Translations under genes and position numbers: made by a program
Source: Candidatus Bathyarchaeia archaeon
GTDB lineage: Archaea; Thermoproteota; Bathyarchaeia; Bathyarchaeales; Bathycorpusculaceae
DNA length: 64,000 nt
Direction: 5' to 3'
NCBI GenBank assembly: GCA_038883775.1
Contig: JAVZLM010000007.1
Location: 90,589 to 154,588, forward strand
Notes under the pieces: generated by a model
The model's input: only the letters and a program-made list of their open reading frames with translations
Databases searched by the model: none
What the model was told of the DNA's origin: nothing
Shown: one piece after another, positions 45,909-56,166 of the stretch
Layout of the letters: each line of letters begins with the position of its first letter
How positions within the stretch are numbered: position 1 is the stretch's first letter

Positions 45909-46721
45909 ATGTTTATAAAGAAGGTTATGCCTCGCTCAATAATCACTTTGACAACGGATTTCGGTTTGAAAGACCCTTATGCGGCGGAAATGAAAGCTGT
46001 AATTTTAAGCATAAATCCAAATGCTGTGATTGTTGACGTAACTCATGAAATAGAAAAGTTTAATGTGAGAATGGGCGCCTATGTTTTGGCTTCAGCCTCG
46101 CAATATTTCCCTAAAGGCACAGTTCACGTTGCGGTAGTCGACCCAGGAGTAGGAACACCACGACGCCCTATACTCATACAGACAAAAGAGGCATTATACA
46201 TTGGACCAGACAATGGCTTATTGGCTTTAGCGGCAAAAAATCAAGGAATAAAGCACATTTATGAAATAAAAAACAAGAAATTTATGATGCCTAGAATCTC
46301 AAATACGTTTCATGGAAGAGACATTTTCGCTCCAGCCGCTGCTTATTTGTCGAAGGGGATGAAGCCGGCAGAGTTTGGACCGGAAACTGATGAAATGGTG
46401 ATTTCAAAATTTGCGAAAGTTGTTCGGCGGGGCAACGCATTTTTTGGTGAAGTTTTGTATGTGGACGACTTTGGAAATGTAATAACAAATTTTGGAGAGA
46501 AAGAACTTAAAGAATTAGGCATTAGGAATGCGGTAAATTTGGAAGTTAAAGGCGTTAATTTAAAGTTGAAACTTTGCAAGGCTTATGCAGAGGTTGAAGC
46601 ACAAAAGCCCTTAGCCATTATCGGAAGCCACAATTTTTTGGAAATTTCCATAAATCAAGGCAATGCTGCAAAAACTTTCAAAATACAGGTTGAGGATAGG
46701 GTTAAACTTTATCGCTCTTAG
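45909..46721 (+). CDS. SAM hydroxide adenosyltransferase / chlorinase-fluorinase family (DUF62)
   Basis: ITLTTDFG, VAVVDPGVGT, GPDNG, TFHGRDIFAP, DDFGN and LEISINQG motifs. Confidence 0.93.
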   Translation: MFIKKVMPRSIITLTTDFGLKDPYAAEMKAVILSINPNAVIVDVTHEIEKFNVRMGAYVLASASQYFPKGTVHVAVVDPGVGTPRRPILIQTKEALYIGPDNGLLALAAKNQGIKHIYEIKNKKFMMPRISNTFHGRDIFAPAAAYLSKGMKPAEFGPETDEMVISKFAKVVRRGNAFFGEVLYVDDFGNVITNFGEKELKELGIRNAVNLEVKGVNLKLKLCKAYAEVEAQKPLAIIGSHNFLEISINQGNAAKTFKIQVEDRVKLYRS

Positions 46722-47229
46722 TTAAATCCCGAAGTCTGTTGATGCCGTCTATCTCTTTTATGAAGGCGGCAACACTTTTTGGAACAAGTTTCTCCCAACT
46801 CTCATCTTTCAGCATTCTCGCTCTAATTTCAGTTGAAGAGTAAAGTTTTCTTTCATGAAAACGTATGGCTTTAACCTTATAATTAGCTTCGAGGAACAAG
46901 CGACGAGTTAAGGGTTCATTAGAATAAACTACATGGAATGGTGGAGTATAGCCTTCTACCGCGGCAACCCACATCATATGCAAGTGCACATCCGGAACCG
47001 GCACAATCCAAACCCTCGAATAGTCTATTTTTGCCTCTTCCAGCGCTTTACGAATCATAATGAGTCTTTCTCCAGCAGTGAATGGATTGTCGATACGATG
47101 GCTGTATTGAGCGCTACCAATAACAATAATCAACTCATCAACTTCCTTCAAAATGTCTTTTATTGCGCCAAGATGCCCCAAATGGAATGGTTGAAAACGT
47201 CCAACATAAAGTCCACGTTTAATCATCAA
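46702..47229 (-). CDS. nadM: Nicotinamide-nucleotide adenylyltransferase
   Basis: GRFQPFHLGH, GSAQ, NPFTAGER and SSTEIR motifs. Confidence 0.95.
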   Translation of the reverse strand: MMIKRGLYVGRFQPFHLGHLGAIKDILKEVDELIIVIGSAQYSHRIDNPFTAGERLIMIRKALEEAKIDYSRVWIVPVPDVHLHMMWVAAVEGYTPPFHVVYSNEPLTRRLFLEANYKVKAIRFHERKLYSSTEIRARMLKDESWEKLVPKSVAAFIKEIDGINRLRDLTKSDKV

Positions 47230-47328
47230 ATCCCTCGTTTCTTGGTGTATTCACCCCACATTTATCATTTACTGTAAAAGCAAAACATATATCCTCATAG
47301 CGAAGTTTAGGCTTAAACGGTATGGCCT

Positions 47329-48120
47329 ATGACAAAAAATGCCACATCAAAACTGTTAAACATATTTTTCAATAGGCGAAGCATAAGAAAATTTAGCTCC
47401 AAAAACGTTTCGGAAGAAACTGTGCAGAAAATTGTTGAGGCTGGTCAGCGGGCTCCAAGCGCATGTAATCTTCAAACCTACTCTATTATTTGGGTTAAAG
47501 ATGCAGAAATTAAAGGAAAGATTTTGGATGCTTGTTGGGCTTCAAAGCAAATGAGAAACGTGCCTGTGGTTTTTGTGATTTGCGCTGATCTCCGCAGATT
47601 ACACAGAACATTAGATTATTTGAAAGCAGATCATTGCCTCAAGCAAGAGGGCGGTTACGCCATCAAGTTGATGAGTATAATTGACGCTTCTCTTGTAGCG
47701 GAAAACATGACATTGGCAGCTGAATGCTTCGGTTTGGGTTCTGTTTATCTTGGTGGGGCGCTAGCAAACAAAGAGGTTATAAATATTTTGAAGTTGCCAG
47801 AAGGTGTTTTACCACTAACGCTTCTCTGCGTTGGCTATCCAGAAGAAGAACCACCAACAAGACCAAGATTGCCCCTCTCAATAATTCTCCAGATAAACTG
47901 TTATCGAGACCCTTCAGATGAAGAGATAAAAATGTTTTTAGAACACATGGATGATGCCCTTGCAAAAGAGGGATATTACCAAAAATATTCCAACCAAAAA
48001 CCAAATTATCGCTATTCAAACCACATACAAAGCAAAACAAACACACAATCCATGCGGAAAGCTGATGCTGAAATATTGCATGTCCTCGCGGCAACAGGCT
48101 TTTTTAAACTACACAGTTAA
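47329..48120 (+). CDS. Nitroreductase family (NfsA-like) flavoprotein
   Basis: RRSIRKF, APSACNLQ, LAAECFGLGSVYLG and GYP...RPRLP motifs. Confidence 0.9.
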   Translation: MTKNATSKLLNIFFNRRSIRKFSSKNVSEETVQKIVEAGQRAPSACNLQTYSIIWVKDAEIKGKILDACWASKQMRNVPVVFVICADLRRLHRTLDYLKADHCLKQEGGYAIKLMSIIDASLVAENMTLAAECFGLGSVYLGGALANKEVINILKLPEGVLPLTLLCVGYPEEEPPTRPRLPLSIILQINCYRDPSDEEIKMFLEHMDDALAKEGYYQKYSNQKPNYRYSNHIQSKTNTQSMRKADAEILHVLAATGFFKLHS

Positions 48121-48713
48121 TTTTTGTCTTCTTCAACCTTATTTAACACAAACTCAACCGGGAACAGAAGCAGTCTTCCACCTTTTAAGGGAATTTCTTT
48201 TTTAGAAGTGTAGCCTCGTATTTCTCGCTTTAAGATTTGGAGTTTAACGTTTAAGCCGCCTCCATAACCGCCTAAGGTAAAGTCTGAGCAGACAACCCTA
48301 TGACAAGGGACGAGGGGCGCAAAGGGATTCATAGCCATAACATTACCAACAGCCCTTGGGCTTCCACCCACTGCCTTTGCGATTGCTCCATAAGAGGTTA
48401 CATATCCTACTGGAATTAGGCGGGTGGCTTCAATAACCCGATTGGTATAGTTTGGCAGATGTTTTGTGGCTAAAGAAAAACTGGCTGAAACATTTTTCCC
48501 ATCATAAATATCCTTTAAAACAGCTACAACGTGTCCAGCAAAATTTGAGGGCTTTTCTAACTGTTGAAAGGGAACATTGAACGGAATACTCATCAAAAGA
48601 CTTTGCAGAGCCTTCTGTTGGCTGAAAGCAAATGCTGTGGCGAAAATCTCTTGATTTTCAAAGGCGACTCCAAACCAGACGCTTTCGATTTCTTTGACGT
48701 AAAGGTTTATCAT
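48117..48713 (-). CDS. ogt: Methylated-DNA--protein-cysteine methyltransferase
   Basis: IPVGYVTSYG, PRAVG and PCHRVV motifs. Confidence 0.93.
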   Translation of the reverse strand: MINLYVKEIESVWFGVAFENQEIFATAFAFSQQKALQSLLMSIPFNVPFQQLEKPSNFAGHVVAVLKDIYDGKNVSASFSLATKHLPNYTNRVIEATRLIPVGYVTSYGAIAKAVGGSPRAVGNVMAMNPFAPLVPCHRVVCSDFTLGGYGGGLNVKLQILKREIRGYTSKKEIPLKGGRLLLFPVEFVLNKVEEDKN

Positions 48714-48768
48714 TTTACTCCAGCCTTTAAAGTGTTATAGAAGCGTTAAGTATTTAGCTCTGTGGTGA

Positions 48769-49443
48769 TTGAGGATGGAAGACTATGTTGAAAAGAGAAT
48801 CACATATTTCAGATATTGTGGCGAAGTGAATACGGAAAAAGTTTTGCAAAACGCAAAATTGAGATGCGAAGAGACTGGAATAAACAAAGTAGTTATTGCC
48901 TCGGAAACTGGAAAAAGCGCCATAAAAGCGCTCACGGTGTTTAAAGAAACAAAAATCAAATTGATTGTTGTAACCCACTATCCAGCCACAACTTGGGGTC
49001 CAAGGGGTGACATACCCATAGGGTTAAAACGAAAAGAATATGCAGAAACGCTGAGGAAACTGGAAGAAAACGGAGTAAAAATAGTCCAAGGAACAAGACC
49101 CTTCGCACCTCCAACCCGCTCAATAAACTGGGAATATCCAACCCCAGAAGGCATAATCGACAAAACCCTGGAAATATTTGGATCGGGAACAAAAATAGCC
49201 ATAGAAGCCGCTGTCATGGCAACAGACGCAGGAGAAGTTAATGCAGGCGAAGAAGTCATTTCTTGTGCAGGCACCTATAAAGGTTTAGACACCGCCCTCG
49301 TCGTGAAAACTGCCTACAGCGGAGGCTTCTTCAAAGAGTTTGAGGTTAGGGAGATAATAGCCAAGCCCATTTGTCGTGTGAAGGAACTTCCTGAATATAA
49401 GTATGAGAATTGGAAAGGCAATTTAGACCAATATTATTTATGA
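48769..49443 (+). CDS. Pyruvate kinase C-terminal-like domain protein (COG1751)
   Basis: YF..GEVNT, VVIASETG, VVTH, GSGTKIAIE..MATDAG and EIIAKP motifs. Confidence 0.85.
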   Translation: MRMEDYVEKRITYFRYCGEVNTEKVLQNAKLRCEETGINKVVIASETGKSAIKALTVFKETKIKLIVVTHYPATTWGPRGDIPIGLKRKEYAETLRKLEENGVKIVQGTRPFAPPTRSINWEYPTPEGIIDKTLEIFGSGTKIAIEAAVMATDAGEVNAGEEVISCAGTYKGLDTALVVKTAYSGGFFKEFEVREIIAKPICRVKELPEYKYENWKGNLDQYYL

Positions 49444-49478
49444 GTAAAAGACAATATAAACAAATGGAGTAATCAAAT

Positions 49479-50753
49479 TTGGAGCTTTTTAGGGTTCTTC
49501 CGGTTTTAGTCTGTAGAAAGGGCCAAGTTGAAGAAAATTTCATGGAGAAAAAAATAAAGCAGCTAAGAGAAAATCTGAAAATCAACGCCCAAATCTTAAT
49601 GCATATTGTTATTAATGAAGAAAAGGATGTCCCCACTTTAAATGAGCATTTTGCAAAGGCAGATGTCATTCTTCTTTACAAGCCTCATCTCGGCTTGGGC
49701 GATTGTATAATAAAAGTTTCCGAGTATGGTCTTCCAACTATCCTTTTCAATGATGAGGGGATGGTGAACAATCCACTAGATGCTTTGGAATACATTTATC
49801 CCAAAGAAAAGGTTTGGGTTGCCATTGACTACCAAGACCTAAACGATATTTTAGGAGCTTTACAGACAAAGAAAATGATGGAAAAGACAAAGATACTGGT
49901 TTTAAACGCTGAATATCCCCATTGGCAAAGATTCCTATGTCGCGTTCATGGAGGCAGCGAAGCCATTAAAGAAAAGCTTGGCATAACGGTGGAATACGTG
50001 AACAGCGAAGAAGTTATAAGAAGATGGCAAAACATGGATGAAGAACGTGTTAAACCCTTAGTGGAGAAATGGGTAAGAGAGGCGGAAAGAGTCGTTGAGC
50101 CAGAAGAGAAAGACCTGATTAGTGTTGCAAAACTTTACTTGGTTATGGAGGGTTTGCTGAAAGAGAAAAATGCGCATGCGTTAACGATAGCTTACGGAGA
50201 CAATCCCCTTCCAGTTCCATGTTTTGCCTACACCAATTTAAGGGATGAGGGTTTTCCAGCAGCATGCGAGGCAGACATAATTTCGCTGCTGTCGATGGTA
50301 ATTCTCCATTATCTAGTAAACAAACCATGCTTTATGGGTAACACATTCGTCGATACTAAAGGCAACACGTTAATTCTAAGCCATTGTGTATGCCCTCGAA
50401 AAATGGAAGGATACAATGGAAGCGCAGCACCTTACAGGTTGAGGCGTTATCATAGAGAAAAGTTTACTGGAAGCCTAACGGTCTTTGTGAAAATGAAGAA
50501 GGGACAGGAGGTCACTATATGCCGTTTGAGTGGAGATTTGAAAAGCATGATAGTTGCAAGAGGAGTTATCGTGGATTGTGCGGATATGGATTCTGAAGAA
50601 TATTGCAGAGTAACCGTTAAAGTGAAAATTGCCAGTCCAAAAGAGTTTATCCGCAAAACCTCTGGAAATCATCATGTCATGGTTTATGGCGATTACAGAG
50701 AACAATTGAGAAGACTGAATGATGTTTTAGGCATAACAACAATAGAGGTGTAA
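49479..50753 (+). CDS. L-fucose/L-arabinose isomerase-like protein
   Basis: PCFA, ACEAD, LSHC, VTICRL, CR and GNHHVMVYGD motifs. Confidence 0.8.
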   Translation: MELFRVLPVLVCRKGQVEENFMEKKIKQLRENLKINAQILMHIVINEEKDVPTLNEHFAKADVILLYKPHLGLGDCIIKVSEYGLPTILFNDEGMVNNPLDALEYIYPKEKVWVAIDYQDLNDILGALQTKKMMEKTKILVLNAEYPHWQRFLCRVHGGSEAIKEKLGITVEYVNSEEVIRRWQNMDEERVKPLVEKWVREAERVVEPEEKDLISVAKLYLVMEGLLKEKNAHALTIAYGDNPLPVPCFAYTNLRDEGFPAACEADIISLLSMVILHYLVNKPCFMGNTFVDTKGNTLILSHCVCPRKMEGYNGSAAPYRLRRYHREKFTGSLTVFVKMKKGQEVTICRLSGDLKSMIVARGVIVDCADMDSEEYCRVTVKVKIASPKEFIRKTSGNHHVMVYGDYREQLRRLNDVLGITTIEV

Positions 50754-50812
50754 AAAGTTTCACGATTAAGTTTAATAAGTTGCTTGCATATATCACGGAA
50801 AAGGTGAGGTAT

Positions 50813-51430
50813 ATGGAAAACCAAGCTCAACGTGAGTATCTTTGGGTTCCAGGCGCCACAACCGTTGGCGTTGTTTGTTCAGACGGCGTTATATTAGCCT
50901 CTGAAAAACGTGTTTCTTACGGTTATTTGGTTGTTAGCAAAGGCGGCAAAAAGGTTTTCAAAATAACAGACCGCATAGGCGCAGCATGTGCAGGACTGGT
51001 TTCTGACATGCAAATTCTCGTTAGGGAAGTGGAAGCTTACGCCAACCTTTTCGGTTTAGACGTTAACAGATCAATCTCTGTAAGATCAACAGCCAAGCTC
51101 ATGTCAAATCTGCTTTTCGCCAGACGCTTAGCGCCACTAATAACTCAAACAATAGTGGGCGGAATAGACGAGGAAGGCGCATCCCTTTACGTGTTAGACG
51201 TTTTAGGCTCAGTAATACCAGACAAGTATGCAGTTGTGGGTTCTGGAACAGAAATCGCCATGGGAGTGCTGGAAGAGGGATACAAAGAAGGCATGACCGT
51301 AGAGGAAGCAAGAGAGTTGGTCATAAGGGCAATAAAATCAGCCATTAGCCGAGACATAATGAGCGGCGACGGCATAGATTTTCTCTACATAACAAAGGAT
51401 GGAACAAAGGAAGAATCAATAAAATTCTAA
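50813..51430 (+). CDS. psmB: Proteasome beta subunit (Thr1 replaced by Ala, probably non-catalytic)
   Basis: PGATTVG, ASEKR, AGLVSD, GSG and RDIMSGDG motifs; ATG at 50813 after GGTGAGG. Confidence 0.93.
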   Translation: MENQAQREYLWVPGATTVGVVCSDGVILASEKRVSYGYLVVSKGGKKVFKITDRIGAACAGLVSDMQILVREVEAYANLFGLDVNRSISVRSTAKLMSNLLFARRLAPLITQTIVGGIDEEGASLYVLDVLGSVIPDKYAVVGSGTEIAMGVLEEGYKEGMTVEEARELVIRAIKSAISRDIMSGDGIDFLYITKDGTKEESIKF

Positions 51431-51505
51431 AACAGCGCTTTCAAGAAAGCTTAAAACCTCCTAATTTATACACACAATATTCATCAAACAATCGAGGAAA
51501 ATGAA

Positions 51506-52132
51506 TTGCCATTTGAACTCAGCCTAAAAGAAGGAAAATTTTTAGTTGAGCTTGCACGCAAAGCCGTAGAAGAATACTTACAAAAAAGAAAACGTATCAA
51601 AATTCCAGAAAATACGCCAGAAAAACTTCTACAACCCTGCGGGGTTTTCGTCACAATAAACAACATAACAAATGGAGAGAAAGAGCTCAGAGGCTGCATT
51701 GGATACCCATACCCAACAAATCCGTTGGTTGAGGCGGTTATCGACTCCGCTATAAGCTCGGCAACCCAAGACCCAAGATTTTATCCGCTTTCTTTGGATG
51801 AATTGAATAAGGTTGTTTTTGAAGTAAGCGTATTAACGCCTCCTCAGCTAATCAAGGTTGAAAAGCCTAGGGATTATCCAACAAAAATTAAGGTTGGAGT
51901 GGACGGATTAATTGTTGAAAGAGGACCGTTTAAGGGACTGCTTTTGCCGCAAGTGCCAGTTGAATGGGAATGGGATGAAGAAGAATTTCTTTGCCAATGC
52001 TGCATTAAGGCTGGTTTACCGCCAGACAATTGGCTTCTGGAAGGCACAAAAATTTACAAGTTTCAAGCCATAATTTTTGAAGAAGAAAAACCGAGAGGTG
52101 AAGTTAGGCTCAAAGCCCTCGGCGGGAAATAA
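51506..52132 (+). CDS. AMMECR1 domain protein (TIGR00296)
   Basis: GVFVT, LRGCIG, DPRF, EVSVLT, GLLLPQV and KAGL motifs. Confidence 0.95.
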   Translation: MPFELSLKEGKFLVELARKAVEEYLQKRKRIKIPENTPEKLLQPCGVFVTINNITNGEKELRGCIGYPYPTNPLVEAVIDSAISSATQDPRFYPLSLDELNKVVFEVSVLTPPQLIKVEKPRDYPTKIKVGVDGLIVERGPFKGLLLPQVPVEWEWDEEEFLCQCCIKAGLPPDNWLLEGTKIYKFQAIIFEEEKPRGEVRLKALGGK

Positions 52133-52136
52133 TTTC

Positions 52137-53327
52137 ATGAAAATTTATTTCGCCCCCTGCGGAATCGGTTTAGGACATGTTGGAAGATGCGTCCCAATAG
52201 CAAAGAAACTATTAGAAAGAAAAAAGGCTAAAGTGGTTTTCTCCACATACCGCGAAGGTGCGCCCTATATAGAAAGGGAAGGATTACCTCTCATTAAAGC
52301 TCCTCCAATTGGTTTTCAAGTCAAACCCGACGGAACAGTGGATTTCAAACAGACAGCAGTTAACCCTGGACCTTTTTTGGCTTCCTTCACCCTTATGAAA
52401 CAGGTGAACGCTGAAGTTCAAGCCATTGAAAGTTTTAAGCCTGACATTGTTGTTTCGGATTCGCGCATCTCACCATTATTAGCCGCAAGAATTTTGGGAA
52501 TACCCAGAATATGCATTTTAAACCAGTTTCAACTAATAATTCCAAGAAAAAAAAGGTTTTTACGCTTGGCAAAGTTTGCAGATTTCATAACGCTAACACT
52601 TATTGGAAAAATTTGGACAAGTGGAAACATGGTGTTAATACCAGATTTTCCAAAACCATACACAATATGTGCTGGAAACCTAAACATTCCAAAATTTTAC
52701 AGAAAAAATGTGAGGCTTATAGGTCCCATATTGCCGGTGCATCCAAACCAGTTGGCAAGCGAAGGCGAACTGCGTAGAAAATTGAAGTTGCCAGTTGACA
52801 AGCCAATTATTTTTGCGCCAATAAGCGGACCAATAAGGGAAAGAGCCTTTTTGACTGGAATTTTAAGGAAAATATTTTTGGATTTTCCAAAAGATTATGA
52901 AATTGTTATGTCTCTGGGCTATCCAAACGCAGACAATGAACCCATACGTCATGGCAACTTAAAAATTTATAGGTGGATTCCAAACCGCTTTGAATACTTG
53001 AAAGCTTCTGATATAATCGTAAGTCGAGCTGGACATGGAACCATAACCCATTGCATGTGCTATGGAAAACCCATGATACTTATACCAACACCAAGCCACA
53101 CCGAACAGCTTAGCAACGCAAAACAAGCAGAAGAATTAGGCGTGGCAAAAACCCTTCAGCAAGAGGAATTAAATAAAGAAAAACTTCAAAAAAGCGTTGA
53201 ACAAATGCTAAACAGTAAAGTTCCAGAACGCCTCAAAGAAGTTCAGAAAGAAGTTCTAAATTATGATGGGTTAAGTAATGCTGTGGAAACAATAATCCAG
53301 ATTGCGGAGAACAAGCAAATATTTTAA
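52137..53327 (+). CDS. GT-B glycosyltransferase (family 28/MurG-like)
   Basis: GIGLGHVGR, PDIVVSD, SRAGHGT and HTEQ..NA motifs. Confidence 0.88.
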   Translation: MKIYFAPCGIGLGHVGRCVPIAKKLLERKKAKVVFSTYREGAPYIEREGLPLIKAPPIGFQVKPDGTVDFKQTAVNPGPFLASFTLMKQVNAEVQAIESFKPDIVVSDSRISPLLAARILGIPRICILNQFQLIIPRKKRFLRLAKFADFITLTLIGKIWTSGNMVLIPDFPKPYTICAGNLNIPKFYRKNVRLIGPILPVHPNQLASEGELRRKLKLPVDKPIIFAPISGPIRERAFLTGILRKIFLDFPKDYEIVMSLGYPNADNEPIRHGNLKIYRWIPNRFEYLKASDIIVSRAGHGTITHCMCYGKPMILIPTPSHTEQLSNAKQAEELGVAKTLQQEELNKEKLQKSVEQMLNSKVPERLKEVQKEVLNYDGLSNAVETIIQIAENKQIF

Positions 53328-53350
53328 GTCAAATACGCATAAGATGAAGT

Positions 53351-54223
53351 ATGTTTATACCGCGCAAAATTTTGGAAGAAAAACTCCGAAAAATGCTCGC
53401 TGAAGATGTTGGGCAAGGAGACATAACCACAACATTAATTGTTCCACCAGAAACAGAGGCAGAGGCAGAAGTAATTGCAAAAGAGACTGGAGTTGCTGCT
53501 GGAATTGAAGAGACAAAAATTCTTCTGGAAAGTTTAGGCGTTAAGGCTGAGGCTTTAATTGATGATGGAGAAAAAATAAGGGAGAAACAAGTTTTAATGA
53601 AAATTTCTGGAGACGCAAAAACCATACTTTCAACAGAACGCACGCTATTAAATATTCTTTCACGCATGAGCGGCATAGCAACAACCACAAGAAAACTGGT
53701 AGAAAAGCTTCAAAAAAATGGATTCAAAACCAAAGTTGCATGTACACGCAAGACAGCGCCTGGACTTCTATATTTTGATAAAAAGGCTGTTTTGTTGGGT
53801 GGTGGTGATCCCCATAGACTTCATTTGGATGATATGGTTTTGATAAAGGATAATCATATTAAAGTGGCTGGAAATGTTGAGAAGGCTGTGGAAAGAGCAA
53901 AAGAAAAAGTGTCTTTTAGCAAGAAAGTCGAAGTTGAAGTTACAAGCGTTAATGACGCATTAAAGGCTGCGAGGGCTGGGGCTGACATAATCATGCTGGA
54001 TAATTTTTCCCCAAAACAAATAACAGAGGCGATTAAACTTCTAAAAAGGGAAGGCTTTTTGGAAAAGGTTTTGTTGGAAGCCAGCGGCGGAATAACAGCA
54101 GAAAACATTATGGAATATGCGTCAACCGGGGTTGATATTGTGAGTTTGGGCGAAATAACAGACAGCCCAAAGTCATTGGACACAAGCTTAGAAATAGTAA
54201 GGGTTTATAAGAAAAGTAGATAA
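53351..54223 (+). CDS. nadC: Quinolinate phosphoribosyltransferase
   Basis: EDVGQGDITT, CTRKT, HRLHLDDMVLIKDNH, EVEV, MLDN and ASGGI motifs. Confidence 0.96.
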   Translation: MFIPRKILEEKLRKMLAEDVGQGDITTTLIVPPETEAEAEVIAKETGVAAGIEETKILLESLGVKAEALIDDGEKIREKQVLMKISGDAKTILSTERTLLNILSRMSGIATTTRKLVEKLQKNGFKTKVACTRKTAPGLLYFDKKAVLLGGGDPHRLHLDDMVLIKDNHIKVAGNVEKAVERAKEKVSFSKKVEVEVTSVNDALKAARAGADIIMLDNFSPKQITEAIKLLKREGFLEKVLLEASGGITAENIMEYASTGVDIVSLGEITDSPKSLDTSLEIVRVYKKSR

Positions 54224-54238
54224 AAACTATGCTACACG

Positions 54239-54805
54239 TTAAGAGACTGAATAAATCATTGCTGCTTCTATAATTGCAGCCACCAAAAGAATCACAGCAC
54301 AAACTGAAATAAACTTGCATGCGTTTATGAGTTCATGCTTGCCTCTACGCTGCCATAGGCGATAAGTTAACCAAATACTTTCAGCCATGGCGGTTGAATA
54401 AGCTATGAATTCAAGCCAAGCTATTGGTGTTAAAAATAAAGCGATTAGGCTTAGGGCTGGAGAAACTTCATTAGAAATGGCAATAGCCGCTATAACAGCT
54501 CCAGTATTGTAGAGTACGTAAGCTCCGAAAGCAACGCCGATTATGGGAACGAACATTAGCAAGGTAAACATGAAGTTGTTGCCAAAAATGTATTGCACCA
54601 AAGCATTATTTGCTATCAATGAATTTATGGTTTGGTTCATTTCATTACCTATCTCATCCGCCTCTTGTTTTTCAATAGGCGTCCACGTTCCAACAGTCGT
54701 CACAATTACAGCGAAAACAAAGACAATAGCAATTGTTATGATTCTTTTAACAAGGGGCGAAGCGGTTTTCCAAAATTCCAAACTCATGCAACAATCACCC
54801 TGCAT
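54239..54805 (-). CDS. Stage II sporulation protein M (DUF95) membrane protein
   Basis: IFGNN, YNTG, P.AWLE and AAIIE motifs with several TM helices. Confidence 0.8.
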   Translation of the reverse strand: MQGDCCMSLEFWKTASPLVKRIITIAIVFVFAVIVTTVGTWTPIEKQEADEIGNEMNQTINSLIANNALVQYIFGNNFMFTLLMFVPIIGVAFGAYVLYNTGAVIAAIAISNEVSPALSLIALFLTPIAWLEFIAYSTAMAESIWLTYRLWQRRGKHELINACKFISVCAVILLVAAIIEAAMIYSVS

Positions 54806-54806
54806 G

Positions 54807-55499
54807 CTAAGCTTTTGGTGTTATTTTTAGGATTCTGAAGCCTCTCGCAATTGGGTTTAGCATGTCCGTGATATTAACCTTTTCCAGAATCTCTTTTGTG
54901 TCTTCCGCATAACCTCTAACGTCGTGTTCTGCAAGCATGAGAGAGTTAAGGTAAACTCTATTTTCTGAAAGTGCGTATTGACATTGGGAGGGCAAGCCAA
55001 GAAGAACTGACCGATCCTCTTTAACGGCTTTTTCGCTTGCGTATAAAATTGCGTGGGCTCCAGCCGTTAGCTCTGCAATCCTCACTGGAATGCTTTCTTT
55101 TCCTATGGCTAAAACTTCAACTCCATATTTTTGTGTGATTTCGCCAGCAATTTTCCGTAGTTTAGGCAGAATCCCTATGAGATTACGTCTTGCTTTAGTT
55201 GAGATTTTCATATTTGAGAATTGAATAGGCGACAATTGTTCGAGAGGAATTGCTCCCAGAGACATGTCCAAATGCACCATATCAGCCTTCACTTTTCCCA
55301 GTAATTCCTTACAAAGTTCCGCCTCATGCACCACAACTTCATGTCCATCGGAGGCTTTTGCAAAAATTGGTTCAGCTAAGCACATGCTTGGTTCTTTATA
55401 AGGAGGATTAACTAGCACGGATGCGGCTGCCACAATAGATAGGGGCTCAAATTTGTCGTTTAATATGGCTGCAGAAGAATCCGCCGCGATAATTTTCAA
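54807..55499 (-). CDS. DUF4152-like protein
   Basis: MKIIAADSSAAIL, VHLD, AIGKESIPVRIAE and NPIARGF motifs. Confidence 0.75.
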   Translation of the reverse strand: MKIIAADSSAAILNDKFEPLSIVAAASVLVNPPYKEPSMCLAEPIFAKASDGHEVVVHEAELCKELLGKVKADMVHLDMSLGAIPLEQLSPIQFSNMKISTKARRNLIGILPKLRKIAGEITQKYGVEVLAIGKESIPVRIAELTAGAHAILYASEKAVKEDRSVLLGLPSQCQYALSENRVYLNSLMLAEHDVRGYAEDTKEILEKVNITDMLNPIARGFRILKITPKA

Positions 55500-55549
55500 T
55501 TATTTCACCTTGCATATTAAGAAGAGATTAGATAATTTATATTTGCCGT

Positions 55550-56164
55550 CTAATCTCCGCTTTTTAAACGTATTCCTAAAAGGAATATTTCAGAACTTTT
55601 AGCCCTACTCGCCTTAGGCTTCACTATTTTTACAATTTCAAAATGTTTCTTCATTTTTTGGATAAAATCATCCAGCAGATCTCCTTGAAAAACTTTCACA
55701 AAAAAATTTCCAGGAAACCTAAGAGTGCCTAAAGCAATTTTTAAAGAGTGCTGCGCCAAGTCTATTTGGCGGGCGTGGTCAATTTCCCAAATTCCAGAAA
55801 TGTTTGGCGAAGCATCTGAAATTACAGCGTCAGCTTTTCTCGGAAGCATTTGTAAAATCTGCTCTATGGTTTCTTGTTCAGTTATGTCGGCTATTATGGT
55901 TCGAACATTATTATGCGGAAAAGGCTCTACAGGTTTGACATCAACCCCTAAAACGAAACCTTTGCCTCCAACAATTTTTCTCGCAGCTTGAACCCAACCG
56001 CCCGGGGCAGCGCCTAAATCAACGACAACATCGCCACGTTTTATGAAACGGTATTTTTGGACTGCTTCGAAAAGTTTGTAGGCTGCTCTGGAGCGGTATT
56101 TTTCTTCTTTAGCCTTTTTATAATAATAGTCTCTCTTTCTTTCTTGCAACCAAGCTTTTGGCAA
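55550..56164 (-). CDS. rlmE: 23S rRNA 2'-O-methyltransferase RlmE/FtsJ
   Basis: YRSRAAYKL, DLGAAPGGW, SDASPN, KVFQG and ASRAKSSE motifs. Confidence 0.95.
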   Translation of the reverse strand: MPKAWLQERKRDYYYKKAKEEKYRSRAAYKLFEAVQKYRFIKRGDVVVDLGAAPGGWVQAARKIVGGKGFVLGVDVKPVEPFPHNNVRTIIADITEQETIEQILQMLPRKADAVISDASPNISGIWEIDHARQIDLAQHSLKIALGTLRFPGNFFVKVFQGDLLDDFIQKMKKHFEIVKIVKPKASRAKSSEIFLLGIRLKSGD

Positions 56165-56166
56165 AA

